From positions 27,100,401-27,164,400 of the forward strand of contig CM120641.1 in the NCBI GenBank assembly GCA_051362555.1: a DNA stretch of 64,000 bases. Direction: 5' to 3'. The position numbers were made by a program, and so were the translations under genes. This stretch comes from Lingula anatina (Eukaryota; Animalia; Brachiopoda). Shown piece by piece: positions 13,086 to 27,000 of the stretch. The first letter of the stretch is position 1, and each line of letters opens with the position of its first letter. Under the pieces are notes generated by a model, which ran no database searches, had not been told where the DNA came from, and worked only from the letters and a program-made list of their open reading frames with translations.

Positions 13086-14729
13086 ATGAAGCCTAAACTG
13101 TACTCCGTTTCCATAGTGCCATGTATATTCATCGAAGTCGCCTTCATCCTCATCACCATTGGTCTTGGGACGGACAGCTGGTACTGGGTGACCAGTGGTG
13201 ACCACCCGGTGGCCGAGCGACCGGAGCACAATATGAAGTACGGACTGTGGAGGACTTGCTTTACAGACTGGCCAACAGGTAGTGTACATGATGTATACGC
13301 GTCAATTTTATCAAATTAAAATTTTAACTTCCTGGGCGCAAGGAATAAACGGAAAAGATATCCATCTTACACTGAGCATCAAATTTATTGCTAATAAAGG
13401 CACATTCTGACACAGAACAACTTTAATACACATGCAATATGCATGCGGATATAAGTTCGTATAAATATGATGTTAGTAATTTAAAGTCATAAGTGAATAT
13501 GGAGCGGGAAATGTTTTAGAGAGAAACTGAGTAGACTGACATACTCTTATGATGCTTATAAAACTGCGTTCAATGTAAACGAGAGAAGGCCGCTAGAGAT
13601 TGAATAAGGTAGAGTTAGAAATGGAAAGAAAGCGGCGCTGCAAAGTAGTCAATAAATAATATGAAAGGCATGAAACAGAGTTGTATTTACTACCTCGTGC
13701 ACGTGCAGCGGCAAAAGAGAAAGACAACAACTTCGTCACAGTAGTAGCTTTATTAATATTTAAAACTGTCTAAAATCATGTTGTAAGTAGGCCTATTCAC
13801 TTTATTTGTGTACAATAAAACATGATGCAATCCATTGTTAGGCAAAGAAATAAGTAGGCCGTAAATGTGAGAGGAAAACTCAATATGGCACTATTATTCA
13901 TCTCTTTTTTTTTCATTTAGGTCCCTTTGCAAGGTTGTCGCTCGCACCACCGTATGAAGTGTGCGTGAGCAGCCTGACGAAGAGAACGAACAGCAGTACC
14001 GATAGCAGCCTTAAAAACACGTTAGAAGGTGCGACGTGATCGGAATGATGGTTTTTGCTTAATTTACTGGAGTAAATGATCCTTTGCGAACCTGCTTGAT
14101 AAAGGTTACGTGAGCGTCTCTCTTTAATAAGGTGCCCTACTTCTTCCGAATGCGAAAATAAGGTTAAAGCTATTGGCGAATACAATAGATCGTACTTGAG
14201 AGATATAGAGTTGAAAAAGACGTGTAAGAGGTCTAAAGTGAAGAAAAAAAGCCATTATATATACACACATCTTCTCTTTTACATTATTTCTTACACCGTT
14301 ATCCGATTTTTTTACTTCAGAAATTAACTTATTCGTGTCCATAGCTGTCATTAGCTCTGCCGCCCTCTTGTTGTTAGCGGTTGTTGTATGTAGTATTGGG
14401 TTCTGGAAGGAGTTGGTATCAGAAACCAAAACAGTGGTAATAGCTGCTTCCACCGGGGGCCTAGCTGTTTTAGGAGGTAAGTGCCCAGGCCCTCTTATTA
14501 CAATACTTTCGAATTATAAAAAGTTTAGGAAAAATTGAGTCAATTTGCTGTGGGTCAAAAGATAATAGAATTCCCAAGCAGTTCGTCACACTCCCCGGAG
14601 CGACGCAACCTCCCCGCCTTCAGTTTGAGACATAAATCTTGTCAACACTTTTCACTTTTTTTTTTTTTTGGCCTATTTCTAAATGTTTTGTTTATTGTAA
14701 ACTGGATCGCCCTTTTGATGTTACGGGCA

Positions 14730-14762
<33 letters not shown>

Positions 14763-15111
14763 TGACATTGCTTAAAATGGAACAGTTGATATAAAAATTG
14801 ATAAATCTCTGACTGAAATTAACGTTTTTTTGTATGAAATCATTTCAGGGTTACTGGAAGCAGCTGCTCTGATCTGTTTCATCGCACTACGCGACCTGGA
14901 GCGGCAGAACAGCCTGTTGCCCGCCACTGTGTATAGAGGCTGGGGATGGTCATTCATGGTCAGCTGGGCGGGGGTCGGGATGGCGCTCATTGGGGGATTT
15001 GCCTTCTTTTACATGGCATATCTGATGAAGCTTGAACGAAAGTACACCTATGTGTCAAAACAGATCGGGAAAAGTGACGACAAATACGGGCTTGCCATGC
15101 AGGGTTACTGA
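13086..15111 (+). CDS. Claudin/PMP22/EMP/MP20 family tetraspan membrane protein, paralog A, ~239 aa; exons 13086-13278, 13921-14028, 14321-14476, 14849-15111
   Basis: TM1 then W...GLWRTC...C extracellular-loop signature; three more hydrophobic segments with a GWSFMVSW motif before TM4; three phase-1 GT-AG introns; 720 nt total. Confidence 0.88.
14730..14762. repeat. (AAT)n microsatellite
   Basis: Run of about 11 aat units. Confidence 0.9.
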
Positions 15112-17169
15112 TAGAGATTTCATAAGTGGTAAACTTACTATGCTACGGAAGATTCTTTTAAAGTGACTTGGTATGAAATGACTGCCAACGTGAAATTTGG
15201 TCTGTAAATGACCAGTTGAAGACGGTTTTAAGAGGAAAACTGAAAACTTTTAAAGGGTGTCAAGTCTAAGAATACATGGTCAGCCTATGAATTCAGTGTT
15301 GGGGATCCGAAGGAAATTGCAAGCGGTTACAGAAACGTCAATTATTTGTTTTCAACAGTTTTACCCTTGGTAAATTCTGATTTTATATATTTACTTGTAA
15401 ATGTAGCTATTTTTATATTAGGTTTTGATAATGCTCTGTGAAATATATTTGGATACATATTTATGCTGGCGATAAGTTTCTCCGTTATTTAAGTATGTGA
15501 CGTAGGATAATCAAATAGGATAGGTACAAATGACAGAGTGTTCGTGATTCGAATCAGTGATCTTTATATTAATCGCCATCATAGATTTCACCTGTGTATT
15601 ATATTTCTGTACTCATTCTCAGTTTCATTTTTGATCTCTCATGCATAGCTGATGAGATAGTATCGCATGAATAAATGTCGCTATTATTGAATTGCTATTG
15701 CTCACACAATCATAGATATTTAAATTTGTATGCTGATCTGACAAAGTTTATGGTTTTCTGTCATTATTGATCCGTTTTTTTATATTTTAATGTTGCATTT
15801 CAACCCCCCCCCCCCCTTACTTTTTATTTTTTAGATAAAATATTTAGAACTATTTGGTTATCAGGCTATATAGTGTGATTTGAATTAAGAATTAATCATT
15901 TCTTCGGGTTGAAGCGCCTCTTGCTTGTTTATTTGTGATGACATCAACCAATTTGTAGAATTGGGCGCAATAATTTGGTTTCATATTTACATGGGAGGGG
16001 GAGGGATTAAAATTTTCCTTTGGTATTCATTAAATGTTTTTCATGCTGATATGTTGAATGAAACTGGGACGTCTAAACTATATTGTTTCTGAGAGAACAG
16101 TTTCATTAGCTCTGTATGTATCAATTCAAATTATTGTTTTTCTTTTTATCAAGAGCTTGTAAGATATGTGTATATGAGTATATTGTTTCTAACAATCCTG
16201 AACCCTTTGGTGCATCCCTTGAATACCTATGTATACCCTTTCAACTCTTCATCCGCTTTCGTTATTTCTTTACAAAATTGACATCCTAGCTGTGGACTTG
16301 TTTGTCTAAGTTTTAACTGATAAACAAAATGTCCAGTTTGGCTTTTTTTTTCAGCAATGAAAAAGTAATAACTCAAGTTTAAAGCATATCAGGCTAAACA
16401 TATTTGTAAGCCCTCTTCCTCTCACGACAAGCATGTATATATGCTCTCAGCAACGTATTATACAAAAGCACATCCTCAAGTTCAAGTGTGTTTGAAATGT
16501 GAAACTACGAAAGAGTAAGTACAACATTTTTATTCACGCATTATTCAACACGAATTCTAGTTAATCTTAGTGAAAATAACAAAAATATTCCAATAGCAAG
16601 ATGCGGGACTTCCCTTCTGCGGGATTTTCCAGTCTGTAACCTACATAGAGTCGCCCTCTACGTCATTTTACCTAGTAGGGTAACGCCCATGGTTGTCAAT
16701 AACTAATACAATTATATTAAACGCTAACAATAACAGGTGCAGTGCATGCTGCGTGAGGCAAAGAATTGCAGGGTGTTAGAATTTGTGATTAACCGGTTTA
16801 TAATCTGGGTATTACAATCGCCACCCCTGCTACACGTGCCTGGAGACCGGTAAATTGGTAAATTGTACTAGAAACCAAAGAAAAGGACGGAGATATTGCC
16901 ATGCATATTCACAATGGCCAACAGAAAGCGACTAACGGAAAGCTCGACCCAAAGCTGGATTAACTGAGACCGAGGCCTTCTCGACTGTCACTCTCACCAT
17001 CGAATACGGCATACCTGTATCAAGCTATATGGCGTGTATTGATCAGAAATAACAGTCCATACCGCGTCACAATAAGAACTCGGCCAGGTTAAAACAACTG
17101 AACCCGGGGTCCATCTTCGCCATAACACGGGCGTGGTCGCTGTCAAACTGTGTGGGACATCCCATTAAA

Positions 17170-19448
17170 ATGACCCGGCGGAGCGACTCGGTTCCCGACC
17201 CCAAGGCTATGGGGCCCAACCCGGAACATTACCAGGCGGCATTCGCACCGTGTGTATTTGTAGCCGTGGCGTTAATACTGGTCACCATCGGTCTAGGGAC
17301 GGACGCCTGGTATAGGTATGCCACAGAGGCCAACGCCGTTGACACCGACCCTTTACATAACCGAGAGTTTGGGCTATGGAGGACGTGCTTCTATAACTGG
17401 CCTACAGGTGAGTGCTAAGTGCTAAGAAATTGCCGGCCCCAGACACAGACCTACTAATTTCACCGAGGTCTGACTCACTACGTATGCTTCACCTGAGATA
17501 TTTCACATAAAACTTGTACTAGAATCGGGTGCCGTAGAGGGGTCACCTCAATATTGTTAAGCATGAAAAAAGACTCGTAGCATTAGCTCAGAACACATGA
17601 AAAAGAACATGGTTACATGTGACTTTCTTTGTGTCTGGACAAAGAACTGGAACTCGTGATCAATGAGGTTTCGATAATGAGAATTTTCTTTCTCACTTTT
17701 TACCGTGGTGTTGCCCGTGAGGTTTGATGCGCCACACGCTAGAATCACGCCAGTATCTACTGCTTACCTACACAAACCATTCGCCTTAATGACATAAAAT
17801 TCCCAAGGCTGCCGTTAAGTGTCCAATCTCCACACTTCACGAACTTCACCTTTGCACGCTAACATGTATTCAAAGGACAAATACATTCAACCTCTGCATT
17901 ATCGAGCTATTTTCTTCAAATATTTAATCGTTATATTGCATAGGTAGGTTTTAACAATTGTAAGCGCCCCAGAGATCAGAATTAAAAAACAGGCTTGAAA
18001 TTAAGGAGTTATATTAAAAACGTAGTATGTACGGGGCGTGGTGTTAACAAGGTAAGTGGTAAGTCTATTCCATCACTACCTTACTGGTATATTCGGAAGA
18101 TTTAAAAAAAATTACAGGTTTTGCTACTGAGAGGCACCTTGCAAAATTTTCGCTTAGTCATCTCATAATAATATACAAGAAATATCGCTGCTTAACTCGT
18201 TTCCTCATTTTGTCCATATCACCCCATTTACTTTATGAAACAGTATTTTCATTGGCTGGGATACACATTCCAAACGTATATTGTTTCGATTGCGATAGTT
18301 GTTCGCCGGTAAAATGCGATCCCATTTACTTTCAGGTGCAATGTCCAGAGTCAAGCTTGTTCCACCATACTTAGTGTGTATAGACGAAGTTCCCGAGACT
18401 GCCAACAGTTCAAATGTTTTGTATAGCAGAATGAAAGGTAATGCCCTGTTGTAACTCCACTGATTGGTTGGACTTTTTTCTTAAAGATCGAATAAATTCC
18501 TGACTACGTTTTTTTATATATTAAGATTATAGATATTAGCATGTGAGATAGCTTCTTAGATTTAAGAAATTAATATATTTATTCTTTTACTTCTTAATTC
18601 TCAGGTATGGTTCGTGTAACCATGGCATGCGTGCTGGCATCTGCTGGAGTGCTCCTCTTGACACTTGTGGTCATAACTCTTGGTTACTGGCGACATCTGG
18701 TGCCACAGGTCAACGTCAGACAAATAACGTGGGCCGCCGGGGGTTTCTCTTTACTTGGAGGTAAAATTATGCGTTTCATCTTCAGTCTTTAGGCTACAGG
18801 CCCGTAGCCAGCAATTGCAGAAGGAAGGGGGGTCTTTTTCCTCAAAGTGTGGGCCTTTTTTCATGGAACCTTAGTTTATCTAGATCAAATTTACCCAGAG
18901 TGGACATTTTCCCAGCTAAAAGATGGGTTCGAAAGCACTAATAGGATATATGCAATGTCAGAGGGAAAGTGACAATCACCGAATTATACTGATAATAGGA
19001 TGCGACACACTTTTTTTTTGTTTTTTGTTTTTCATTAAAATAGTCAGTTGAGCCTGTCATTTTACAATTAATTGTGTTTATTTTAATCACATACGGGGTT
19101 TCATTTTAACTAATTTGGTCAATTTTGAAGAGTATGCTGAATAGAAATAAATAGTTTCTATGATTTTCAGGTTGTTTAGAGATGGCTGGTCTGATATCTT
19201 TCATAGCATTACGAGACATGGAGCAAGAAGGAAAAGGCCTGGGCAATTCTTACTATACCAGCTACGGATGGTCGTTTATCATAAGTTGGGTTGGAGCAAT
19301 TTTTGCCGTATTAGCTGGCTTTACATTTTTCTATGTTGCATATTTAATGCTGCTGGATTACAAGTATATCAAATCTATAACTTTCCCCGGTGGATTTACC
19401 GAGGAGACTTCTCAAAACGGGAGTAGCCTAGCTGGACCAAGGGTTTGA
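17170..19448 (+). CDS. Claudin/PMP22/EMP/MP20 family tetraspan membrane protein, paralog B, ~257 aa; exons 17170-17407, 18336-18437, 18605-18760, 19171-19448
   Basis: LVTIGLGTDAWY...FGLWRTCFYNWPTG...PPYLVC; YGWSFIISW before TM4; same intron positions and phases as paralog A; 774 nt total. Confidence 0.88.
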
Positions 19449-21069
19449 CGGTGGATTTTAATTTTTTTTGTGATACTTACCGTGCTTTCATGTAGATTAT
19501 GATTCTAATTTAATACACAAGATACCGTGGACAACATTACATTTTAATCATGACGGATGACAGATGGAAATCATGTTTTCTTTAAGACGGGAAACAGCCT
19601 CCTTGTACTCAGTGAACGAGGTGAATAAAGACTCGTTTTCTGGAAGGATGGATGAATATTCACATTATCTTTTACATTACAAAATAAGCTTGTCTAAGAT
19701 CTGTCACACTGTGTCACTGAGCACTGTATACAAATACTGTAATTTGGTGTGAATAGAATAAAACTGCAAAAAAGCTACAGTTTGAGTTTCTACAATCTAT
19801 CAATTGATGGAAGATTAAATCAACTTACTTAATGAAAAAACACGTAGTCAATTTTATTTTGAAGTCCGTCGACGTCGTCTAACATTAAATTTTTCTTATT
19901 TTTATCACACGAGTGCTTAATCTCCTACTCTTTCTTACACGTTTTGCCCGAAATTCGATATATACGTTTAACTATCGGTGATTATCAAACTGCATATCTG
20001 CAACGGGGGATCCTTAGCACAGCGTGTGAGTGCTCTGCGTTAGGTTCAGAGGAACCCCCTTCCTAAAATTTTGCAATACTGGCTCTCGGTTCTATGTTCT
20101 GGGTGACTGCGGACTTTTCCATTACATTCGAGTGCACCCACCTGGTTCACGACTCCTAATAAAAGCGGGTAAACCTTGAGATGTATCTATTTCAAATAAA
20201 AAGCGCTGGATATCAATGCCAATCATTAGTTGCATTAGCTCAATAAACCTGATGCCTGGAAGTGGTATGCTTCGTGTTTGAAGCCTACCTGTACATCGCT
20301 TGTTCATTATCATCCCAAGTAAACTTAGTACAGAAATCTTGAGATGATTTCGGATAGGATAGCCCGTTACAGTCACCGTTAAGTACTTTGTTGGACGATT
20401 TTCAAACTAAGGGCAGACCGAAAACGGAGATGGCATTGCTGTAATTTGTACCTAGTACCATTTTACCTTCTACTCCGAAAAGAAACGCGGAAGCCACTGC
20501 ACCTGAATCTGTGATAGCTCCAAGAAAACAATGAAATCTTTACCTCATTTCTGTTTTTGTTTATTTTTAAGTTTGTATTGAACAGGTGTTTTGGGGTTGA
20601 GGCATTGTTTTTAAACTGGACATTTATCAAGCCCATCATTATTAAAAGTGCGGATTAATAGTGGTTGCTTTGATGTACAGTTGAATTTAATTGAATAGTA
20701 TAGAAGTATTTTGGCTGGAAATGTGACGAACAAATAATATTTACCTTGAACGAAAAAAAAGTGTGATTATCTTATTTCCTTTTATGGGATGCAAAAGAAC
20801 GCACAACATTTGAGGTACACGAAACACTTTCTCTCTTCCGACAAAAAGGGTAACCTCTTTGGTACCTATTCTTTCGCGTACATGCAAATATCTAGTATGA
20901 TAAATAAAAAAGAAAGGGGCTCCTATATTTGTCAAAATATCTAATGTTTGAGAACAGATGCACTGACGGGGCCAGGCCTAGGGTTATTTGCCAAGAGATG
21001 GGGCGGGGCAGTTTGCGAGGCATAGAGAAAATATTAGGCGAGTTTCATACTATAATATGTAGCGTGCAT

Positions 21070-21102
<33 letters not shown>

Positions 21103-23834
21103 GCTTGGTTTTGTCTCATTTCGAAAAGGAAAAATATTATATTTTAAAATGAAGACCAACATTCCGCCCGAATTTTTGCGGAACTTGCACGAGCTACATT
21201 GTGAAATAGGAACAGCGAATAGCTGCAGCTTTGATGCCCATACTACGGCCATCGTTCAATTGTTTAAATATTATTTTATCAAATCGGCTAATCAGTGATT
21301 TGATTGTGGACTGCTGAATCTCCTCGGCATTATTGTGGATTTGTGCAAATCGTTCAATCTAAGCTCGTTTTATTGTTTAAAATAACCAGTACACGAACTT
21401 AAATGTTCTTTTTTTTTTTGGTGAAGCAACTTAAGACCTCATTTGACCTGTGATAAGAGGTAATTTCCATATAGCTTGATTTATGAGATGAATTATAATT
21501 CTTTTAACTGGAAGTTGATCCGTACTTTAATTGGCTTTACTCGCAAATAATTTTCTGTTGGAATTTCCATGAAAGAAAACAGTTCTGTCGCTACTGATTA
21601 AGAAATTAATATCCGTATACATATGCCCCGCCCTCTTTTTAACTAATTAAGGTTGCTGATGCAAAAGATACCCCCCTTAGTTTGTGCTAACTGTTTTAAT
21701 CATTTGCCTAATTAGAGAGCTCTTGAGAGATTTCAAATTTCGGACGTGACGTAGGAATCGTAATACGAGCAGTTTTCTGTATATCAACATTATCTCTTCT
21801 GTGTGAGTACTTAATTGGAAACGTTTTGTGGTCATGTTTACACAAAGCACCGCCATAAACATTTCACTTCCCAGTGTAGCCCAAGCCTCAGTCATCCATC
21901 TTCTGGTGATTGTCAGCGTTAATGAGCTTACCTGTCGAGTTTACCCGGTAAAAAAGCTGAACAGGTAAGGACACGGTAAGAGCTCTCCCCGACAGGGTAT
22001 CTGTCTAATTTCCCCTTGAATCAAATTAAACAAGATGCATCCTAACCACTCCTAAGGACAAGAAAGTTGGTGAAGCCATGTTTACGCCTTTAAGTGAAGC
22101 TCGTGTGGGACAATTAATCTTAATTTTAGGACATTTTATTCTTCCTTTTTGGACCCCGGCCTCGTTTGACTCAGATTTTTCGCCAGAACATTTTGCACGT
22201 CACAAAAGCATGAGCTGAACTCGAGAACAGGGCTGAGTTACGCCTTTTTTTTCATGCCTTGCTCCCAATTATTCAAAGCTTTTAGTATAAAAAGTTGGTA
22301 ACTTTCCAGTGCACACATGTGGTGGCTATACACGGTCGTTGATGTCGAGACACACGGATTGATCTAAAATGCGTGCCGTTTTTATATCAGATGAATAACA
22401 AACACGATTGTAAGAATAAATAACGGCCGGGTGATCCCCGGGAGCCGAGTATGGTTATTGATAGGGGGAATCAAGTGCTTGGGTTAGATCTGAACTGGCA
22501 AGGTAGTCTACCATGAAACGTTGGCGCATCTTCGCTTCAGCTGAAATGACGTTTAATTCCTGGAGATTCAGCGGTGTGTGAAGAGCTGGAATGAGTTACA
22601 GTTGTGGAACCCCTTTTCCCCGATTCCAGGAGACCGCATTCCGATGCACCAATAGTATGATTAGATCTTTTGTTTTGAATTTAAAAGAACATTAGGAACA
22701 CAAGGATGGAACAAGGATGGTCTTTGTTCTTCCTTGTTTACCGCAAGGCAGCAGTTGGCCATCTTTTAGATCTACAAAACTAAATAAAATTGCACTAAGC
22801 GTAAACTACAAATAATAAAACGCGGGAAAGGCCCTAGGAGGTTTCTGCATTGCGTCAAACTTGTCCTTCCCAAAGTGTTGAATGTAATAGTATTCAGGCA
22901 GATCGTCTTGGAGGATAATCATCTTTATACTTCTAATCATGTTTATTATACTTAAAACAATTCAAGTAAGCCACTGATGATGATTACTTAGGATATTAAT
23001 TACTAAGAAGGGGAAGTCAAACATGGTTTTACGGACATCTGAACGTCGTGCATCTTGAAACTGATACTGTCAGACCCGCGGATAATGTGTTTTTTTACAT
23101 CACGTTTTGGTGTGATTGCGGTTTGAGTTAAGGACAAGTTTCAGGGTTGAATAAGTGTTCAGTAAAGTGGTGAATATTACTAAATAGATATTTAAAGATA
23201 AAATGGCACGATGAATGAAGTTCAACAGTAGCGCACAAAGATCCAATGTTTTTTGCCATATATTTCAATACAAAAGTGAAGTGAAATTTCTCGCATAGGC
23301 AGTCCTCTATGCCTTAATGCATATCCATTAAAAGTACAGAGCAAATCTACGTGGATTATGCCTGACAACACCCAAGCATTAAAATAGAAGTGACATGAGA
23401 CGAGTTTAGCTAATGTTACAGACCTGCGTATTTCCGCTGCTTAACAGTGTGCCATCTTTTGAAGGGACGGCACAATCAAGAAGGAGTAATCATTTTCAGG
23501 GGTTTGAAAGGTAGACCCTTAAATACAAATGTGAAAAGAATCGATGGCACACCATAGTCCGCATCGTGGGTAATATAAATGCATTAAAAAGGATTAGTTT
23601 AGTCAACAAAATAGTATGTGGTAGTCGCCTCCTATTTGTGTCACGTTGTATTCAACACTTGTTCTTGTGAATGGGAATTGGTTGCGTAAAAGAAAAAAAA
23701 ACTTCTATGCACATGCTGCTACGGCGTCTGTGTTGTAGTTTTGCAATTTGAAAGTTGATCTGCTGCGCACGCTTCTAAGATTGCGACGGACAACAAAAGT
23801 TCACTGGTTGACCTTTGGCGGCTGGAGCTTCCAG

Positions 23835-23840
23835 TATAAA
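23835..23840 (+). promoter_or_regulatory. Possible TATA box of the ADAMTS gene
   Basis: gtataaatg about 220 nt upstream of the first in-frame ATG, followed by a GA-repeat leader; motif only. Confidence 0.25.
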
Positions 23841-24055
23841 TGACTGCAGTGCTACCACTGGCTTCGCAGACCTGACTGGTGTTTCTGCCGTTCTCACTGT
23901 GTGTGCGGGGAGAGAAGAGAGAGAGAGAGAGAGTGACAGGGTACAAACCCAGGGGATTCTAAACCTTTGGGCTCCAACCTGGGTCGGGGATCTTTAGATG
24001 ACCGCCTATTGTCGTGACAGTGCATCATTTCCCCTCTTTTCGACTGTTCAGAACG

Positions 24056-27000
24056 ATGACGACCAAAAACACTGGGAGTTTTTTTCACGAAACACCAACT
24101 CACTTCACGAGAAATGACAGCTGCAAGGCGGATTGTGCAAACTGTTCTAAGCGATACCACAGTGAGAACCGTGCGCTAGGGCGTCAAATGTGTGCACGGG
24201 GACATTTGCAGCAGACGACTGTCGATGGGATGTTTGAAACAAGCAAAGCCCCTGGCAGGCCAGCAAAACACTGTACAGACCGCAATAGCTCTGGAAACAC
24301 GTTCCAGCTGGGACCTTCAAACTTTCGTTTACTGCATCTTTTTGTAGTTACCATCTGCCTCATAGATCAGGGTGTATGTAAGGTAAGTTACCCAATTAGT
24401 TGTATGACTCTGAACGCCACGATTTTTTTGTCAGTCAGTTTTTTTTCACTCAGTGAAGGCTTAACTTAAGAAGCTATAGTTTGCATGCTATTGTATTTTG
24501 ATGCGTTTACCCGACTTGTCAATACAGTCATCAATGTCGAAATTGGAAGCCATAAAAATGCTTCTGCTTCATTCAAACCCCTATAATTAAGAGAACTGCC
24601 ATCGGTTACGTTAAATTAGCAATCGCAGCCATAGACATTTAACAGGGAAAGCTCTTAGACAAACACTTTCGACTTTGGGAAACCCATACTATTTTGAATT
24701 ATGTCTATAACCAAACGTCTCGACGTACGTAAAGTAAACACACACCGTCCTGCTGAGTTGTACCTTCAGCGATGAGCGGGGATTATTATTGAAGTAAAAC
24801 GAGTGAGAAACAAAGGAAAATGAACCTGTGTGTTGACCTCTTCTCACTTATTTCATTGACCAGCCTTTTTAAAGCCTTTCTTATATATCGCTTCCGTGGA
24901 AAGGAAATATGCTTTAACCGTTATGCTATAAATTAATTGACGTTTCTCGGCTTAAAAGCTGTATTGGTGGGACTCAGTCGTAAAGAGTTAAACACTCCGC
25001 CGCAACTTATAAAACAGCTGTGATTTTTTTGTCAGGGCTTTTATTACTCCAAGAGTTTTTTTTTCGTTAAGTTTTAACACGTAAAACTTCTAACTCGTCT
25101 TTACTTTTAGAGAGATATCAATGAGATGAAATACTCGTTTGTTATGTAAACAGTGGGTATGTTGATACAAACTCCTCCTTATCTTCTAGGAGTCGTGGAT
25201 TTTTGCATGTAGCATATACAAGATAATATTTGTTCTGTCGGCTAGTAAGAGGGAACCCAAACACTATCATTGATGATCGGCTGCTTGTAGAAGTTGTATT
25301 TTTATTATTTCCACGTGCTGAATAGCAACTGTTACAATTTCTTTTCAGGTTATCGGCAGTGCGTCAGAGTCAGCAGCAGTAAGAGGTGAGTAGGCCGTTT
25401 TGCCACAGGTAGAATCTTTGGCTGAGTCTGATGAATGTATCAAACTGGGTGCTCGAAAGACCTAGAGCTTGGAGGGGGGGGGGGGGGGGGGGAGGATGGG
25501 CCGCCCTTATTTTTGTCAAGCACAGCCAAATGGGGTTTTAAAAGCTTCTGCCCCTGTCCACCTACAAACTTCCCTAATTTTTGAATCTGTCCGACAGGCA
25601 ACTGAAAAGTATACCACATCCAGGGCAAAACGTATTGGCGAACAAAATGTTCTTGCCATCTACGAGAAGAATATATTTCTGATTCCTTAGTTTAAGTGCC
25701 ATAAGTGGCTTGTCGTGCACCTGCATGGAAATTGCGATGAACAGGACCGCCTTACTTTATGTAGGTAAATTGATGGTATATTTTGTTTAAAGAGTGCATG
25801 TTCGAGCGGTCTAGACTACTCTTGCACCTTTGGGGTATTTCCCTTAGCTTAGTCACTCTCCGGAAACAAGGTTTTGCTCCTTAGCACAATTCGCGTGATA
25901 TTATCCAGTATTTTCGTTCAGTTAACCGACAACCTCATAATTTACGTTTTGCAATGTTTGCAAATCCGATACCAAGGCATATCGTTTAAAACGTGCGTAT
26001 TTAATATGGTTCTGTAGATCAAAACAATGCTGTCTTCACCAGGGGCGTCTGAAACATGGATAAGAACTGCTGCCTTTCACTTAAACAGAAATCTGTCTGC
26101 AACGCACGTGCTTGTCTGGTTTACAATACTAGAAAAAAGTAAGCATTAAAAAATGAAAAAGAAATAATAAGCAACAAATTATTCTAAACAAAGATGCGTT
26201 TTTAAGGGAATTCAAAAGCTTTAGATTGCCCAAGTGTTTTCATTAAAAAATCGCCTAAAATGTTGTTGATTTCAATTTTTCACCCTTCAAATTTAGGTCA
26301 CTCTGTAACCCCCCTCCCTCATTTCGTAACGTGCACTTAATGGAAAAAAGGTTTCCACTGAAATGGAAAAAAGGTTTTCATTGAACAAGTAGATTAACGG
26401 TTAACCAGTAAGCATGCATGCGTCTTCGGTTATTTTTTTAAAATTAGAGTACTACTACCATTTAGTTGTCCGTGAGAAAATAAACAAATAGTAATTTTAG
26501 TGTATACAACTGGCCAGTCGAAAATGAGTCATTTTATTTTGGGTGGAACTAAAAAGAAATGATGAAAGTTTTTGGAAATTGTATTTCGGTCGCCTGCGAA
26601 CAATTTTGTTGCGGTAAAGCTTATTATTCCCAGTAACTGTGTCAATGAAAACAAAATTTTGAATGTCGACTCTTTGACCTTGAACGATTATGTATTTCCG
26701 GTTTTAACGCGACACCAAATGGGTTTGGCACTTTTTTGTCATAGAAACCCTGGGATTCTGAGTTAATGGGTGCTGTTTATGACGATAACTTCCGTTTTGT
26801 TTGCAAGTTGGGCTAAGTATTAAAAAATAAATAAAAAATAAGAGCAACGAAATAAACCCATAAAGTGTTAGGGGGTCAGGGCCGATATCAAGGCGGAAAT
26901 TGGTTCTGTGGGCAATGGGCAGGGGTCAATAAAACCCAGGTGGTCTGACAGATGCACACATGTTCAGATAGACTCCCTACCACTATGACACCAGTCGGCC

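Noticed and set aside
21069-21102. Poly-G runs (also ~25473, ~62632 and poly-C ~12050) giving Gly/Pro-rich ORFs or G-quadruplex candidates
   Set aside because: Homopolymer tracts typical of MITE interiors and error-prone in assembly; no independent support.
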